A DNA stretch of 63,084 nucleotides, filler included, from Parachlamydiales bacterium (GTDB lineage: Bacteria > Chlamydiota > Chlamydiia > Chlamydiales > Parachlamydiaceae): NCBI GenBank assembly GCA_020051075.1. It is 5 parts of 5 records of this genome, joined end to end, with 100 filler letters (N's around TTAATTAATTAA, not from the genome) between each part and the next. Parts side by side here need not be neighbours in the genome. Positions count along the whole stretch, not along the records: positions 28,444 to 43,052 come from JAGVJP010000103.1; 4 more parts are not named here. One strand, 5' to 3'. Each line of letters begins with the position of its first letter. The stretch's first letter is position 1. Made by a program: the position numbers and the translations under genes. The notes under the pieces were generated by a model that worked only from the letters and a program-made list of their open reading frames with translations, was not told the DNA's origin and searched no databases. Below, piece after piece: positions 31,504 to 42,070 of this stretch.

Positions 31504-31739
31504 GAGGTCTCCATTTTTTATTATCCCCCATATTAGGGATAATTTCAAGAAAAATATCCGATAAAGATTATTTTGATGCTTTACGTTGGTTTAAAGAGCT
31601 CATGGAATTTTCTCTAAGGTGATATGTAGGATGAATGCTATTTCCAATATTTGTTATGCTCATGTATGGAAATATGCCTAAAATGACAATTAATGACAAA
31701 ATATTTTCTTGTTATCCCTATCTTGCCTATCCTGTTTTT

Positions 31740-32036
31740 TTATGTTGGGAAGTTGCCATGTTGCCTATCGTGTTCATCTTTGAGCAACAAACTCCGATAG
31801 AGGTAAGATGACATGATCCTCATTTTGGGGTAGTCGGGGAGAAAACCTCCGGCCTGCATCTGCCACATGTGTGCATAGTGTCCTTTCTTCTTCAATAGCA
31901 CCTGGTGGGATCCCTGCTCGATGATTTTCCTTTGATCGAAGACTAGGATCCGATCCATTTTAGAAAGAGTGGAAAGGCGATGTGCCACTACAATCGTTGT
32001 CCGATTTGACATGAGCTTCTCTAACCTATCTTGAAT
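31740..32036 (-). pseudogene. C-terminal remnant of an ABC transporter ATP-binding protein
   Basis: IQDRLEKLMSNRTTIVVAHRLSTL..MDRILVFD..IIEQGSH..GHYA.MW; no Walker motifs upstream. Confidence 0.85.
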
Positions 32037-32156
32037 ATTAGGATTGTATTGTAATTCTTACTTAATTTTCATATAGTCGATTTGGATTGAAGATCCAACA
32101 CCCCATCCATTGGTCGTGAAGAGATTGCTTCAAAAACAACAAAAGAGCTTTAAATA

Positions 32157-33917
32157 ATGACAGCGATGAATTTTGGTAGAAATTGTCTATCCGTTCTCTC
32201 TTGCAAAGCATTTGCGGCTCTGATTGGCATGATGGCTACAGCTCAGATTTTTGGTGTTAACCTCTCACACGAATGCCTGGATCGACAAGAAGTGTATGGC
32301 AAGACCACCACGATTTATCATGGGGCAGCTGTCGAACCGTCGATTGCTGTTAATCCGAAAAAGAGAAAACAGATCGTTGCTGCTTGGCAGCAAGATCGCA
32401 TCTCTAATGCCGCCGCATTGGAAATTGGTATTTCCTATACCAGAGATGGCGGCAAAAGGTGGTGTAAAAGCAAAGTCCCTTTTCAAATCTGCGCTGGAGG
32501 CATCACCCAAAGGGTAGGGGATTCTTGGCTTAGCTACGCCGCCGATGGAAGCAAAGTCTACCTATGCGTTGCCGTTCTCAATGCTACCCAAGAGCCCAAT
32601 ACTGACAATCAGGCTGGTGTGGTCGTTTCAGTGTCCGAGGATGGCGGTAAAAATTGGAGCACCCCTCGTTACCTATTCTCAAGCATGGAATATCTCTCCG
32701 ATCCTACAAAGCAATTTGCCAATCCTGACAAAACTTCCATCACCGCTGATCCCAACGACCGAAGACGCGCCATCGCTGTCTGGGCCAACTTCAACCCCAG
32801 CACATCCTATCATGGTGATGCTCAGGGAAGCTACACGGTTGATGGCGGAAAAACATGGTCGGCAGTCCAACAGATCTATGACCCTTTTCCCGACCTGGTG
32901 AGGGAAGGGTTAAGCAATGGAATTCAAAATGACAACCAAGCAAGTAATAATGTTGTCGTCATTTTGCCGCGAAAAAAATATCTCCGAAAGCCTCGTTTGA
33001 GCGGGGATTGGTTGAACTTTACCGTTCGAGTTTATGCAAGGCCGGGAACGACTGATGCACAATATACAAGCGATACATTTCCTTTTCAATATACCCTGAC
33101 TGATATTGCAGTGGTCCGTTCAAAAGACCGCGGCAAGACCTGGGATCCTGAGGCTACAGTGATCGTCCCTTCCTTTGTGAATAATCTCATTTTCACTGGG
33201 GGATATACCTATGATCAAGACGGAGCCATCACAGGGGGCATTGGGAGCCTGATGCGCGATGATCAAACGTTGCCATCCTATAACGTCAATCCAAAGAATG
33301 GCTTTTTGTATGTCGCTTATCAGTCTAGTGAGTTTAGATCCGATCAGCTTCAGCAAATTGGTCTTTCCACCTCGCGCGATGGAGGTCGGTCCTGGTCTGC
33401 TGGTGCGCAGGTGAGCCGTACGCCTGCTCAGTGTCCTAATCCGCAGGCTTTTGAACCTTTTGTAGCGGTGACGAGGAATGGACGTGTTGGCGTCCTTTAT
33501 TTTGACTTTCGCAACGATGACCGATCAGATCTCAGCAAAACTCAGATGGATGCATGGCTTGCCATCTACCAAGAAGTCGAAGATCCTCAAGGAGGAAGCA
33601 CCAAGATAGGCTTGGACTTCGTCAAAGAAATACGCCTTTCTGAGGAATCGTATATTGCTCAAAATGGACCTTTGACGACTCAAGGGTATATGACGGACGG
33701 AGATTATCAATTTATGACTACGCATGGAAATGATTTTTACGCCATCTATACGAAGTCATTTAATGGACCGTTTGCCCCTGCAACAGTTTTCTTTACCGAC
33801 CCTATCCATCAAGCGATCATTCTCCTTGATAATAATTACCGCACAGCACCATTTGTGAGCATCATTAAGAATACCAGAAATGGAGCGAACCTCATCTCAA
33901 CAAAAAAATTAAAATAA
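32157..33917 (+). CDS. Secreted BNR/Asp-box beta-propeller protein (sialidase-like)
   Basis: EPSIAVNP; five Asp boxes (TRDGGKRW, SEDGGKNW, TVDGGKTW, SKDRGKTW, SRDGGRSW); GDY. Confidence 0.85.
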   Translation: MTAMNFGRNCLSVLSCKAFAALIGMMATAQIFGVNLSHECLDRQEVYGKTTTIYHGAAVEPSIAVNPKKRKQIVAAWQQDRISNAAALEIGISYTRDGGKRWCKSKVPFQICAGGITQRVGDSWLSYAADGSKVYLCVAVLNATQEPNTDNQAGVVVSVSEDGGKNWSTPRYLFSSMEYLSDPTKQFANPDKTSITADPNDRRRAIAVWANFNPSTSYHGDAQGSYTVDGGKTWSAVQQIYDPFPDLVREGLSNGIQNDNQASNNVVVILPRKKYLRKPRLSGDWLNFTVRVYARPGTTDAQYTSDTFPFQYTLTDIAVVRSKDRGKTWDPEATVIVPSFVNNLIFTGGYTYDQDGAITGGIGSLMRDDQTLPSYNVNPKNGFLYVAYQSSEFRSDQLQQIGLSTSRDGGRSWSAGAQVSRTPAQCPNPQAFEPFVAVTRNGRVGVLYFDFRNDDRSDLSKTQMDAWLAIYQEVEDPQGGSTKIGLDFVKEIRLSEESYIAQNGPLTTQGYMTDGDYQFMTTHGNDFYAIYTKSFNGPFAPATVFFTDPIHQAIILLDNNYRTAPFVSIIKNTRNGANLISTKKLK

Positions 33918-33923
33918 ACTTCT

Positions 33924-34586
33924 ATGATGAAAACGCCAAGACTAACTCAATCTCAGTTTACTTCTGTGGATGGTAATCCATCATGCTCTACATCAGATGA
34001 ATCCTCATCTATTAGGGACAGAATTGACGAGGTAGGGAGCGTATCATTTTCTCTAAGTACAAGACCTTCACAGGGGATCTTGAAGATAGGGGAACGTCGC
34101 CTCAAAGAAAAAGGAAAGGTCACATTTGACGAAAAAACCGTTTTTCCAGAACGCGAGGAGAATCCAACTAAGGCCATCAAATATACCTATAAAGCGCAGT
34201 TGGCCAATTTTCGATTCTGCAGTTCCAATACAGAGAGAATAAAATACTTCGAATTGATCAGGAAACTCGAAGGCTTTCCAACTTCATTGAAAAGCAATCC
34301 CTTCATCGATACCCTGCTCTACAGAAATGGAAGGCCAATCCCTTTGTGTGTGAGAGATCTCAAACCTCGTGAAAAAAAAACTGATGAATACACAAAGATT
34401 CAGATATTCGCTCAGAAAGACTCTCTATTTCAGGGTCATGAGCCACAAAGCGGCTTTGACAATGAATGTGGTTTCGCCAATTCGTTGCCATATTTTGTCC
34501 CACTCCCTGATTTGTCCTATGAAGAAAGTGTTGCAGATTCTTCTGTTTCCTACCTTTTTTGCTTGTGTAAACAAGTATTCCTGTAA
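33924..34586 (+). CDS. Hypothetical protein (Ser-rich N-terminus)
   Basis: 220-aa ORF directly downstream of the BNR gene. Confidence 0.55.
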   Translation: MMKTPRLTQSQFTSVDGNPSCSTSDESSSIRDRIDEVGSVSFSLSTRPSQGILKIGERRLKEKGKVTFDEKTVFPEREENPTKAIKYTYKAQLANFRFCSSNTERIKYFELIRKLEGFPTSLKSNPFIDTLLYRNGRPIPLCVRDLKPREKKTDEYTKIQIFAQKDSLFQGHEPQSGFDNECGFANSLPYFVPLPDLSYEESVADSSVSYLFCLCKQVFL

Positions 34587-34636
34587 CTATTCACGTCTCT
34601 CCCTTTTTAACGCAAAGGCCAAAGGCGCAAAGAGGA

Positions 34637-34867
34637 GTGACAAGGTTTGGGATGGCGTTTTACGGGGGTGTGGCAAATGGATTGCGTTTTGGGCTCTATT
34701 TTGGTGTCTTCGCAGGAATCCTTTCTGCTTCATGGTATCTGTGGGTGCCTGTACCGGCAACACTTGCGTTGGGATGGATGGTGACTCGTTTTATACAAGT
34801 TTTGGGTGCTGGTTTTATTATTGGCCTCGTCTACCGTAAACATGTAGAAGTATCAAATGTCTCTTAA
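34637..34867 (+). pseudogene. Probable C-terminal fragment of a small membrane protein, preceded by a CGCAAAG repeat remnant
   Basis: GLRFGLYFGVF..WYLW.PVP..LA.GW......GFIIGLVY; begins right after AACGCAAAGGCCAAAGGCGCAAAGAGGAG. Confidence 0.45.
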
Positions 34868-34876
34868 ATCGTTTTG

Positions 34877-35620
34877 ATGGAGTGGAAACAGATGAAAGCC
34901 ATTATTTTTGACTGCGATGGAACTTTAGTTGATAGTGAGATGTTGCATTATCGTGCTTGGGCTCATGCATTAAAAAAACATGGCTGTGACATCACCTTGG
35001 AAGATTATTACAACTGTGTGGGCATTCCAATCGATAAGGCTAGCCATATCTTTGCTAAAAAAATCGGGGAAAATTACGCAGAAGAGCTTAAAAAAGATAA
35101 ATACGAACATTTTAAATCGTTGTTGCGAGAGGGAATAGCCCCTATTGAAGGGACTTTAGCTTTTCTCCACAAGTTACTGAACGAACAGAAGCGGTTAAAC
35201 TATAAGCTTGCAATCGCTTCAGGAGCTTCTCATGAAGAGATTTCACTTTATTTGCGGTCGTTGAACATCTCGGATGTTTTTGATCTTGTCCTTTCAGGTA
35301 AAGAAGACCTTGCCCACTACAACGATCCTGAAGGAACGAATAAGCCTAAACCCTATATCTACCTCGAAGCGGCGAAACGGCTTGGAATTAATCCTTCAGA
35401 TTGCATCGTGATTGAAGATAGCTATACTGGTGTGATGTCTAGCAGCAAAGCAGGCTGTTTCACCGTTGCTGTGCCAAATTCATTTTCTCTCAATCATGAT
35501 TTCTCTGGGTCCCATTTGTTAATCTCTTCGTTTAACACTTATTCGGTGGATCAGTTTTTCAAAGATGTTGAGGCTAACAGGCACCCCGATAGAGAACAAG
35601 GACCTGTTCATCTTGTTTAG
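34877..35620 (+). CDS. HAD-superfamily phosphatase (beta-PGM/CbbY-like)
   Basis: IFDCDGTLVDSE, AIASG, KPKPYIY, VIEDS..G. Confidence 0.93.
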   Translation: MEWKQMKAIIFDCDGTLVDSEMLHYRAWAHALKKHGCDITLEDYYNCVGIPIDKASHIFAKKIGENYAEELKKDKYEHFKSLLREGIAPIEGTLAFLHKLLNEQKRLNYKLAIASGASHEEISLYLRSLNISDVFDLVLSGKEDLAHYNDPEGTNKPKPYIYLEAAKRLGINPSDCIVIEDSYTGVMSSSKAGCFTVAVPNSFSLNHDFSGSHLLISSFNTYSVDQFFKDVEANRHPDREQGPVHLV

Positions 35621-35741
35621 TGCGAAGTGTTTTGGCCGTTGATCACATTTTTATAGATAGGGTTTTCGAGTTGTAGTAAGATAAATCATCAAAAAGTTAA
35701 GCATTTGCATCTTCTTAAAGATAAAAATTAGAGGCAATAAC

Positions 35742-36896
35742 ATGAAGGAAAAAAGAATTGGTGTTCTAGATTTAAAAATTGATGAAATGGTTTTTGACAA
35801 TCTTCCCTTAGAACAGCGGCTTGAAACCCTTATTGAAATATGGAATAGCGACTCTGATCGATTTGAAGAGGTTGATGAAGAGCTCGATCTTGAAGAAAAA
35901 ACGTTACAAGTCCTTTCTGAACTTGAGGACGAGCGTTTACTGAAAGAGATAGAAAGGCTTGACGCTGCAATGCGAAATCAAGCTCATCGCTACAAGGATT
36001 TAAGCCAGTATGTCTCTCACATCCTCATCCCCCTCTTTTTGGCTGAAGATAGAGAAAACTCTGAGGTAAAAGATAGTCGTCTCAGAGAATATTTGACTCC
36101 CTTTTATAAAAACCCAGTAAATTGTGCTGAGATATTCTTTGAAGTATTGGATAAATTGATTTGTTATGATCAATCTGCTTTAGCTGTTGAAATTTGTAAA
36201 AAAACTTATAGCAAAATAGTTAATTCGAAAGAATTTTTTTATAATCCCCTGGGAACTCTCGAAGACATTATTATGTTCGATGAACTTCAAGAGGTCTATT
36301 TAAAATTAAAGAACAATCTTGAGGTTGATTGGATTTCATTTTCTCAAAAAATGAAACCATATGGTTATGAATTTCCTGAGGATGAGTTAAAAAAATACGG
36401 AAAAATCATGTTGGACCAAATCGATCTCAATCAGATGGTTAACTCGTTTAAGAAAGAATCCCATGATGTCCTCATTGAGATCAAATTGATTTTCTGCTGT
36501 TATATGTATGATTTGGATAAAACGTCTTTCGTTACTTCTTTAACTTTTTCCGATATGATAATCGATTTTCTATATTCGATTCCGGGCAGAAAAAGATCCC
36601 CATTACACGTTTTTTTTAAGGTGAAGGAATCTTTCTTGATGAACTATGTACTAGATTTACAGAAAGGATGGTTTGATCGAACATATAAGATAGTCGCTTT
36701 TCTAGCCACCTTTCCGATTTTCTATTTAACTCTTCACAAAAAAGGAATACTCGCAATGAAAACTGTAGAAGAGGCACTTGCAACAACTATTGTTCTTAAA
36801 AGTGAATTTAAACAAAACTTCTCAGTTAAACCGTGGAAATATAATTTCATTAGCAAATTAGAGTCACAGGCAAGCATCCTTGCATTAAAATGCTGA
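35742..36896 (+). CDS. Hypothetical alpha-helical protein
   Basis: 384-aa ORF, GAGG SD. Confidence 0.65.
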   Translation: MKEKRIGVLDLKIDEMVFDNLPLEQRLETLIEIWNSDSDRFEEVDEELDLEEKTLQVLSELEDERLLKEIERLDAAMRNQAHRYKDLSQYVSHILIPLFLAEDRENSEVKDSRLREYLTPFYKNPVNCAEIFFEVLDKLICYDQSALAVEICKKTYSKIVNSKEFFYNPLGTLEDIIMFDELQEVYLKLKNNLEVDWISFSQKMKPYGYEFPEDELKKYGKIMLDQIDLNQMVNSFKKESHDVLIEIKLIFCCYMYDLDKTSFVTSLTFSDMIIDFLYSIPGRKRSPLHVFFKVKESFLMNYVLDLQKGWFDRTYKIVAFLATFPIFYLTLHKKGILAMKTVEEALATTIVLKSEFKQNFSVKPWKYNFISKLESQASILALKC

Positions 36897-37030
36897 GCTT
36901 CCATTGGTGAGTCATTTAAAGATCAACCACTGACGATGATTTACCCGAAGGAAAAGGTTTATTTATGCGCAAGATACACTCCGATCTTAGCTCATTATTT
37001 GTTGTTTATAAAGCACTTTAAGAGAGATGT

Positions 37031-38230
37031 ATGAGTCGCGCCCCTTATCAGTTTTCTTGTTGCATTGAGCGCTGTCAGGATTGTAAGGAAGTGCAGGCTT
37101 TTCTTCCAACCACCCATCTAAATATTAATTTGAGCATTGGCGGCACCAAAATTTTAACCGCCATTGTCGATCCCAAAGGCAAAATCATTTGGGAATCTGG
37201 TGTTTTTAAGTGGCGTCATGATCTCGATAAACTTCATGGGATGAGTTCACTTGAAAAAAGAAATTGGTTTATTTCTCATATGATACAAGAAGTCTTGAAA
37301 GCTGAAGATTATGGACGCAAAAATATAGAAAACTGCGTATTCGAATGTGTGGGCATCTCATGGCCTGGTCCAATATTGAGAAATGGAGCACTCCTTGCTC
37401 CAAATATCGACGGTTTTAAATACAATCATTTATCTCAAGAGGAAGTTGCCCTTGGAGGGATATCCTTGCAAGCCCTTTTAATGAATAAATTTTCAGAAAT
37501 GGGAAAAAACTGGAATGTTTGTATTTTAAACGATTCAGATGCTGAAGGGTCTGTGACGTTTGCTCATGATGAAGTGGATCATGGAATGTTAGTTATTTTA
37601 GGGACGGGCATCGGAGCCGGCATTATTCTGAATAAAAAATGGCATTTTGGTCCGCCCGATTTCATCAGCCGCATGGGTGAAATTGGGCAACACTTAATTT
37701 ATGACAACAGCAAAGGGCTCTATTCTTATTATGGTGTAAGAACTAAAGGAATAGTTTTATCAGAAATCGAAACGCCAACCATGCAGGATCGGTTGGCAGG
37801 GCCTGCGGTAGCAAAGAGGTTTTTGGATCAACTTCAAAAAGACTTCAATAATGACATCACTGTGACTGAAAGCTATTTAAACACTGGCGTTGAAGAGAAT
37901 TTGATTGAAGAACATGAAATTGCCAATTACTATAATAAGTTATATATCAATCTGAAAACCGAAGAAAAAATCCTTAAGTTGATTACAGCAAAAGCATTGC
38001 AAGGCGATGAACGAGCCATTCAATTCATTGGTGACATCGGATATGAAATTGGATCCGCTCTAGGTGTATTCATCTTTCTTTTTAAAGATAAGCCCTATGT
38101 CAAGCACATAAAGCTCGCTGGTTCCCTTGGACAGCATTTTGGTTTGAAGGTGAGAGATTTAGAGGGAGACGACCTATTCATCTCTCAAATCAAGAAGGGG
38201 ATTCATGCCTCACTCAGACTCTGCAAATAG
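37031..38230 (+). CDS. ROK-family sugar kinase/regulator-like protein
   Basis: IGGTK, VGISWPGP, LNDSDAE, LGTGIGAG, GEIGQ. Confidence 0.85.
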   Translation: MSRAPYQFSCCIERCQDCKEVQAFLPTTHLNINLSIGGTKILTAIVDPKGKIIWESGVFKWRHDLDKLHGMSSLEKRNWFISHMIQEVLKAEDYGRKNIENCVFECVGISWPGPILRNGALLAPNIDGFKYNHLSQEEVALGGISLQALLMNKFSEMGKNWNVCILNDSDAEGSVTFAHDEVDHGMLVILGTGIGAGIILNKKWHFGPPDFISRMGEIGQHLIYDNSKGLYSYYGVRTKGIVLSEIETPTMQDRLAGPAVAKRFLDQLQKDFNNDITVTESYLNTGVEENLIEEHEIANYYNKLYINLKTEEKILKLITAKALQGDERAIQFIGDIGYEIGSALGVFIFLFKDKPYVKHIKLAGSLGQHFGLKVRDLEGDDLFISQIKKGIHASLRLCK

Positions 38231-39223
38231 GTTCGTTGCATCAATCACAGCTTTTTCCATCCTTGAATCAATAGAGTGAGGTGATGCCTCAACGATCCAC
38301 AATTTGCTATTAGACCAATGTTTATGCAAAAGCTGAGCTTGTTCCAATGGGCAAATCCTATCAGAATCTGCATGAATAATGATTGCCGGAAGATGGGATA
38401 GGAGGTGCATATGTGAAAGGATTTGATTCGGTTCTAAAAAAAAACCGTTCGCTGCATAATGCAGAACAGCCCTTGCGACGCTAAGAACGAAATGATCATT
38501 CTGGAGGGTTTGATCGATCTTAGCATGATCTGAAGGATCGATCAGACCAGTTATTTGATAGCGAAGAAAAGCGCGCGCGAATGGCATATGGAGACGGGGA
38601 TCAGAATCCATGACTTTTCTGTAGCTTGCTGCGATCAAATCTCCTCGTTCTTCAGGTGGTATCTGGAGAAGGAATTCTTGATAGGCTGCGGGATCAAAAT
38701 GGACCCGGTCTGAAAATAGATTGATTTCTTCCTTGCAGCCGAGATAAAATCCACTTAAAATAAATCCCAAACAAGATTCTGGATGTGATTGTCCATATAT
38801 CACTCCAAGCAGCGCCCCCCAAGAATGTCCAAAGACTAACCATTGAGAAATTTTAAAATGGTTTCTGAGTTTTTCTATATCCTCTAGAATATGTTGAGTC
38901 GTATTCTCTTCCATGCAAGCGCACGGTTGAGATCGCATGGCCCCTCTTTGGTCAAACATAATGACATGGTATCGCTTGAGATTGAATAGACAAGAAAGAT
39001 CATCCGAACTTCCTCCACCTGGTCCGCCATGGAGAATGATGACGGGAATTCCCTCAGGATTGCCATAAGCAGCATGAAAGAGGTGATGGATTTCTGAAAC
39101 TTGCAAATACCCTTCTTTATAGGGAGATTGGATAGGATAAGCCGCCAGTTGAGTCAAAACTGAAACATTGGTTGCAGATATAACAAGAGCATAGCAGATG
39201 ATTTTTTTTAAAACTGAGTTCAT
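38210..39223 (-). CDS. pip: Proline iminopeptidase (S33) with signal-like N-terminus
   Basis: YGNPEG.PV..LHGGPGGG, FDQRG, ENTT..I.EDIE.LR, WLVFGHSWG, DRICP. Confidence 0.92.
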   Translation of the reverse strand: MNSVLKKIICYALVISATNVSVLTQLAAYPIQSPYKEGYLQVSEIHHLFHAAYGNPEGIPVIILHGGPGGGSSDDLSCLFNLKRYHVIMFDQRGAMRSQPCACMEENTTQHILEDIEKLRNHFKISQWLVFGHSWGALLGVIYGQSHPESCLGFILSGFYLGCKEEINLFSDRVHFDPAAYQEFLLQIPPEERGDLIAASYRKVMDSDPRLHMPFARAFLRYQITGLIDPSDHAKIDQTLQNDHFVLSVARAVLHYAANGFFLEPNQILSHMHLLSHLPAIIIHADSDRICPLEQAQLLHKHWSNSKLWIVEASPHSIDSRMEKAVIDATNLFAESE

Positions 39224-39259
39224 AACATCTCTTCAGTGAAGTGTTTATTTCATATAGTT

Positions 39260-40455
39260 TTATCTAACAGATCGGTTGAGAATATCCAGGAATTGGAGAA
39301 GCAATTGTCGTCCCGCTGAAACAATGGCGTGCCTCCAAGCTCTATCTTCAGGGTAAAATGCTCTGAGCATTGCCTTTCCAATGGCCTCATTTGGGTTATA
39401 TGAGACTCCTGTACGTTGTGCATGATGAAAATGGCAATTTTCATCATATAAAGCTGAAAGAACATCTTCCTCATTGATTGTTCCAAATTCTTGACCGACA
39501 ATGTAGATGTGAGAAGAAGGACAATGCGTAGCCTCTTTGATGCACTTTGCCAATTCTGAGACAAAGCAACCTGTTGCTTGATATCCCGTCGTTGCCATTT
39601 GAACTGCGATGGACATTTTTTCACCAAAAATATTCAGCATAAATTCCGTTGGAGGTTCTATCGTGAGCAATGTATCGATCCCATAAGGGCCCAAACCTGA
39701 ATGAACATCAATAATACCAAAATATCGTTCGTTAAAATTAATTTCTAAATTACTCAATTCAGATATGCACCAATTAAGGACAAGTTTTGGGCCTGGAGAA
39801 ATCTCTTTCCCTCCATAAAATAACCCTTCGGGGAAATCGTATTGACCTACTATTAAAGCCTTTCTGATCTTATCCCAGCCATGGGTAGAACAAAGTTGAT
39901 GAAAAAGCTGCGTGTTTAAATTTATTGGGTATTTGGGGTTAAATAAAGGATCGATGACTGGATAAAGATCTGGAGTAAGACGGATATCAGTGCAATTGCG
40001 ATTGAGATCGACATTCAGCTCATTAACGCGGCGATTCCAAGCCATTCCATAGGGATTTAGAGTATGAATAAAAATAATGGCTAAATCTTCTGGGAGATCA
40101 ATTGGGTTGGATATGAATTCATTTTGAATGCCTGAACCAGGTCCTCCCTCGGCGCCATGGGTACCAGAAATATGGAATAATATTTTTTTGCGTTTTTCAA
40201 ATGCCCTAGAACAGCAACATCGATGAATAGATCTGTTTCCTGAGGGCTTTTCATCCCAATACAAAATGACTTATGCTGGGAAACACTCTCATTTTTCTCA
40301 ACTGCATTGATGAATGCCCGCCGTGCCTCCTCATAGTTTGCAGGGCAGTAGTTTGCCAGAGGAAAAAGATCGCTCTCGCATCCTGACAAGTCAAATTTCA
40401 TAAAAATACCCATGATAAATAATATAGAAATCCAATACATCATCACCCCCATCAT
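39260..40455 (-). CDS. DUF2817/M14-type zinc carboxypeptidase-like protein with a frameshift at a homopolymer (40183-40189)
   Basis: Y.EARRAF..LFIDVA in one frame; ISGTHGAEG, NPYG...RRVNE.NVDLNRN, DVHSGLG, EFGT in the other. Confidence 0.85.
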
Positions 40456-40499
40456 TTTTTGAACGATGACAAATCATATTCGATGCTGAGAAATTCAAA

Positions 40500-40518
40500 T
40501 AGGGGGGAAAACCCCCTA
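40500..40518. promoter_or_regulatory. Palindrome TAGGGGGGAAAACCCCCTA, candidate LuxR operator
   Basis: Dyad between the LuxR gene 3' end and the peptidase start. Confidence 0.4.
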
Positions 40519-40539
40519 AAAGCTTTGAAATGGAGGATT

Positions 40540-41355
40540 CTAAGTGAAGAGGCCTAATTGGAACATCCGATCAGCTTCTAGAAATAATTCTGAACGGGTA
40601 CATATGCCTAGTTTATTTTTTGCTGACTCTAAATAATGTTCTACGGTTCGTTCTGAAATGTTTAAACAATCACCGATTTCCCGATAAGTGAATCCTTTTC
40701 TTAGGAGGCTTAAACAATCACGTTCACGCGCAGAAATTTGCAAGAGGCTGTTCCATCCGCATGAACTAACAATCGCTCTCCGATCCTCTGGAGAGAGCGT
40801 TGTGTTCAGAGCCGGCAGCTTGTGAGAGGGAAGGTTGAAATTGGACAATCCGACACCATGATCGAGCAAACTCAATGAATGTCGTGTAAGCCGCTGTTTA
40901 AAATAATCTACAAATCCTCGGAAAATCCCAGGCTCATTGATAAATATGTTATAGAGTGGTTGTTGCGCCATGAATCCAGAAAAGCAGCTGGCTTCGATAT
41001 AATCTTCTTCTGATCGCACTAGAATCATGCCATGATCGACACGAAAGCGTTTGGAACGCTCTTGGTAAAACGGCTCGGCACCATCGAACTGACAATCATG
41101 AAAATGTAAGTATTGTCCCTCTCGGATTTCTTTTGCCTTGGAAACTAAAGGATCATGATGATGAAAATTGGCCTCAAAGACAAACCGATCATGATCAGAA
41201 TCCGATGTCAACCATCCTATTGTCCCATTGCGATAGATGCGGATATACGCAAAACCTCTTAACTTAATTGTTTCGGCAAAATGTTTTGTTAGCCTTCGTA
41301 CTTCGTCAACTCCTTGATCCAGATGATTGAGGTATTGGCGTAACTCGGGATTCAT
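40540..41355 (-). CDS. LuxR-family transcriptional regulator with N-terminal sensor domain (LuxR solo)
   Basis: C-terminal SARERDCLSLL.KG.TYREIG..LNISERTVEHY...K.KLG; N-terminal FAYIRIY..DP..HG; no luxI nearby. Confidence 0.88.
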   Translation of the reverse strand: MNPELRQYLNHLDQGVDEVRRLTKHFAETIKLRGFAYIRIYRNGTIGWLTSDSDHDRFVFEANFHHHDPLVSKAKEIREGQYLHFHDCQFDGAEPFYQERSKRFRVDHGMILVRSEEDYIEASCFSGFMAQQPLYNIFINEPGIFRGFVDYFKQRLTRHSLSLLDHGVGLSNFNLPSHKLPALNTTLSPEDRRAIVSSCGWNSLLQISARERDCLSLLRKGFTYREIGDCLNISERTVEHYLESAKNKLGICTRSELFLEADRMFQLGLFT

Positions 41356-41475
41356 AAATTCCCTTCACTATTGTTAAAAATGTGAAATTGTTTTTTGATG
41401 TTGACACATCCCAACTGATTCAAATGAATATGCCATAATCTATAATTGAAGGCAAAAAGTAAAATTATATAACCG

Positions 41476-42024
41476 TTGAATCATCACAATGTCATGATCT
41501 CTGTCGAAATATATGAAAAGAACTTATGGGCATCCGACATTGATCTGATGTTGACAATATCACGTGTGCCATTCATAATACCTCCATGCATATTCGAAAG
41601 GGGGCATTTTTTTATGGAAATTGATTCAGAACAAACGTACACAGTCATGGTTGGAAGTATGGATGATCTTCCTTTAGTGGCCAATGTGATCGCAGTGTTG
41701 CCAGATGAAGCCAAGAAGCGAGCAATTCCTTGGTTCCTAAGCGTAGGAACAGAATTTGTTCAAGGTGATGAAGATGATCTCATCGCGCTGGATGAATGGC
41801 AAGACATCGTTGAACGTGAAATCGGTATCGTCCCTTTTATCGCCTTTGGCCGGATTACTTGGAATGGCCATCGTGAGCTCATCTATTATATCGCTGAGCC
41901 AGAAGCTCCTGTTGAGCGTTTGAAAACACTTATAGATTCTGAAACCACCCGCCCATTCGGATTTCAATGTGAAATGGATGAAGAGTGGGACAACATCACG
42001 AGCTATTATGAAGAAAAAGAATGA
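41476..42024 (+). CDS. DUF695-like protein
   Basis: GRITWNG.RELIYY, DEEWD; start uncertain. Confidence 0.6.
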   Translation: MNHHNVMISVEIYEKNLWASDIDLMLTISRVPFIIPPCIFERGHFFMEIDSEQTYTVMVGSMDDLPLVANVIAVLPDEAKKRAIPWFLSVGTEFVQGDEDDLIALDEWQDIVEREIGIVPFIAFGRITWNGHRELIYYIAEPEAPVERLKTLIDSETTRPFGFQCEMDEEWDNITSYYEEKE

Positions 42025-42070
42025 TCTGCCATCAACGACCATAGAAGGCGGAAAACAATAGGCGGTTAAC

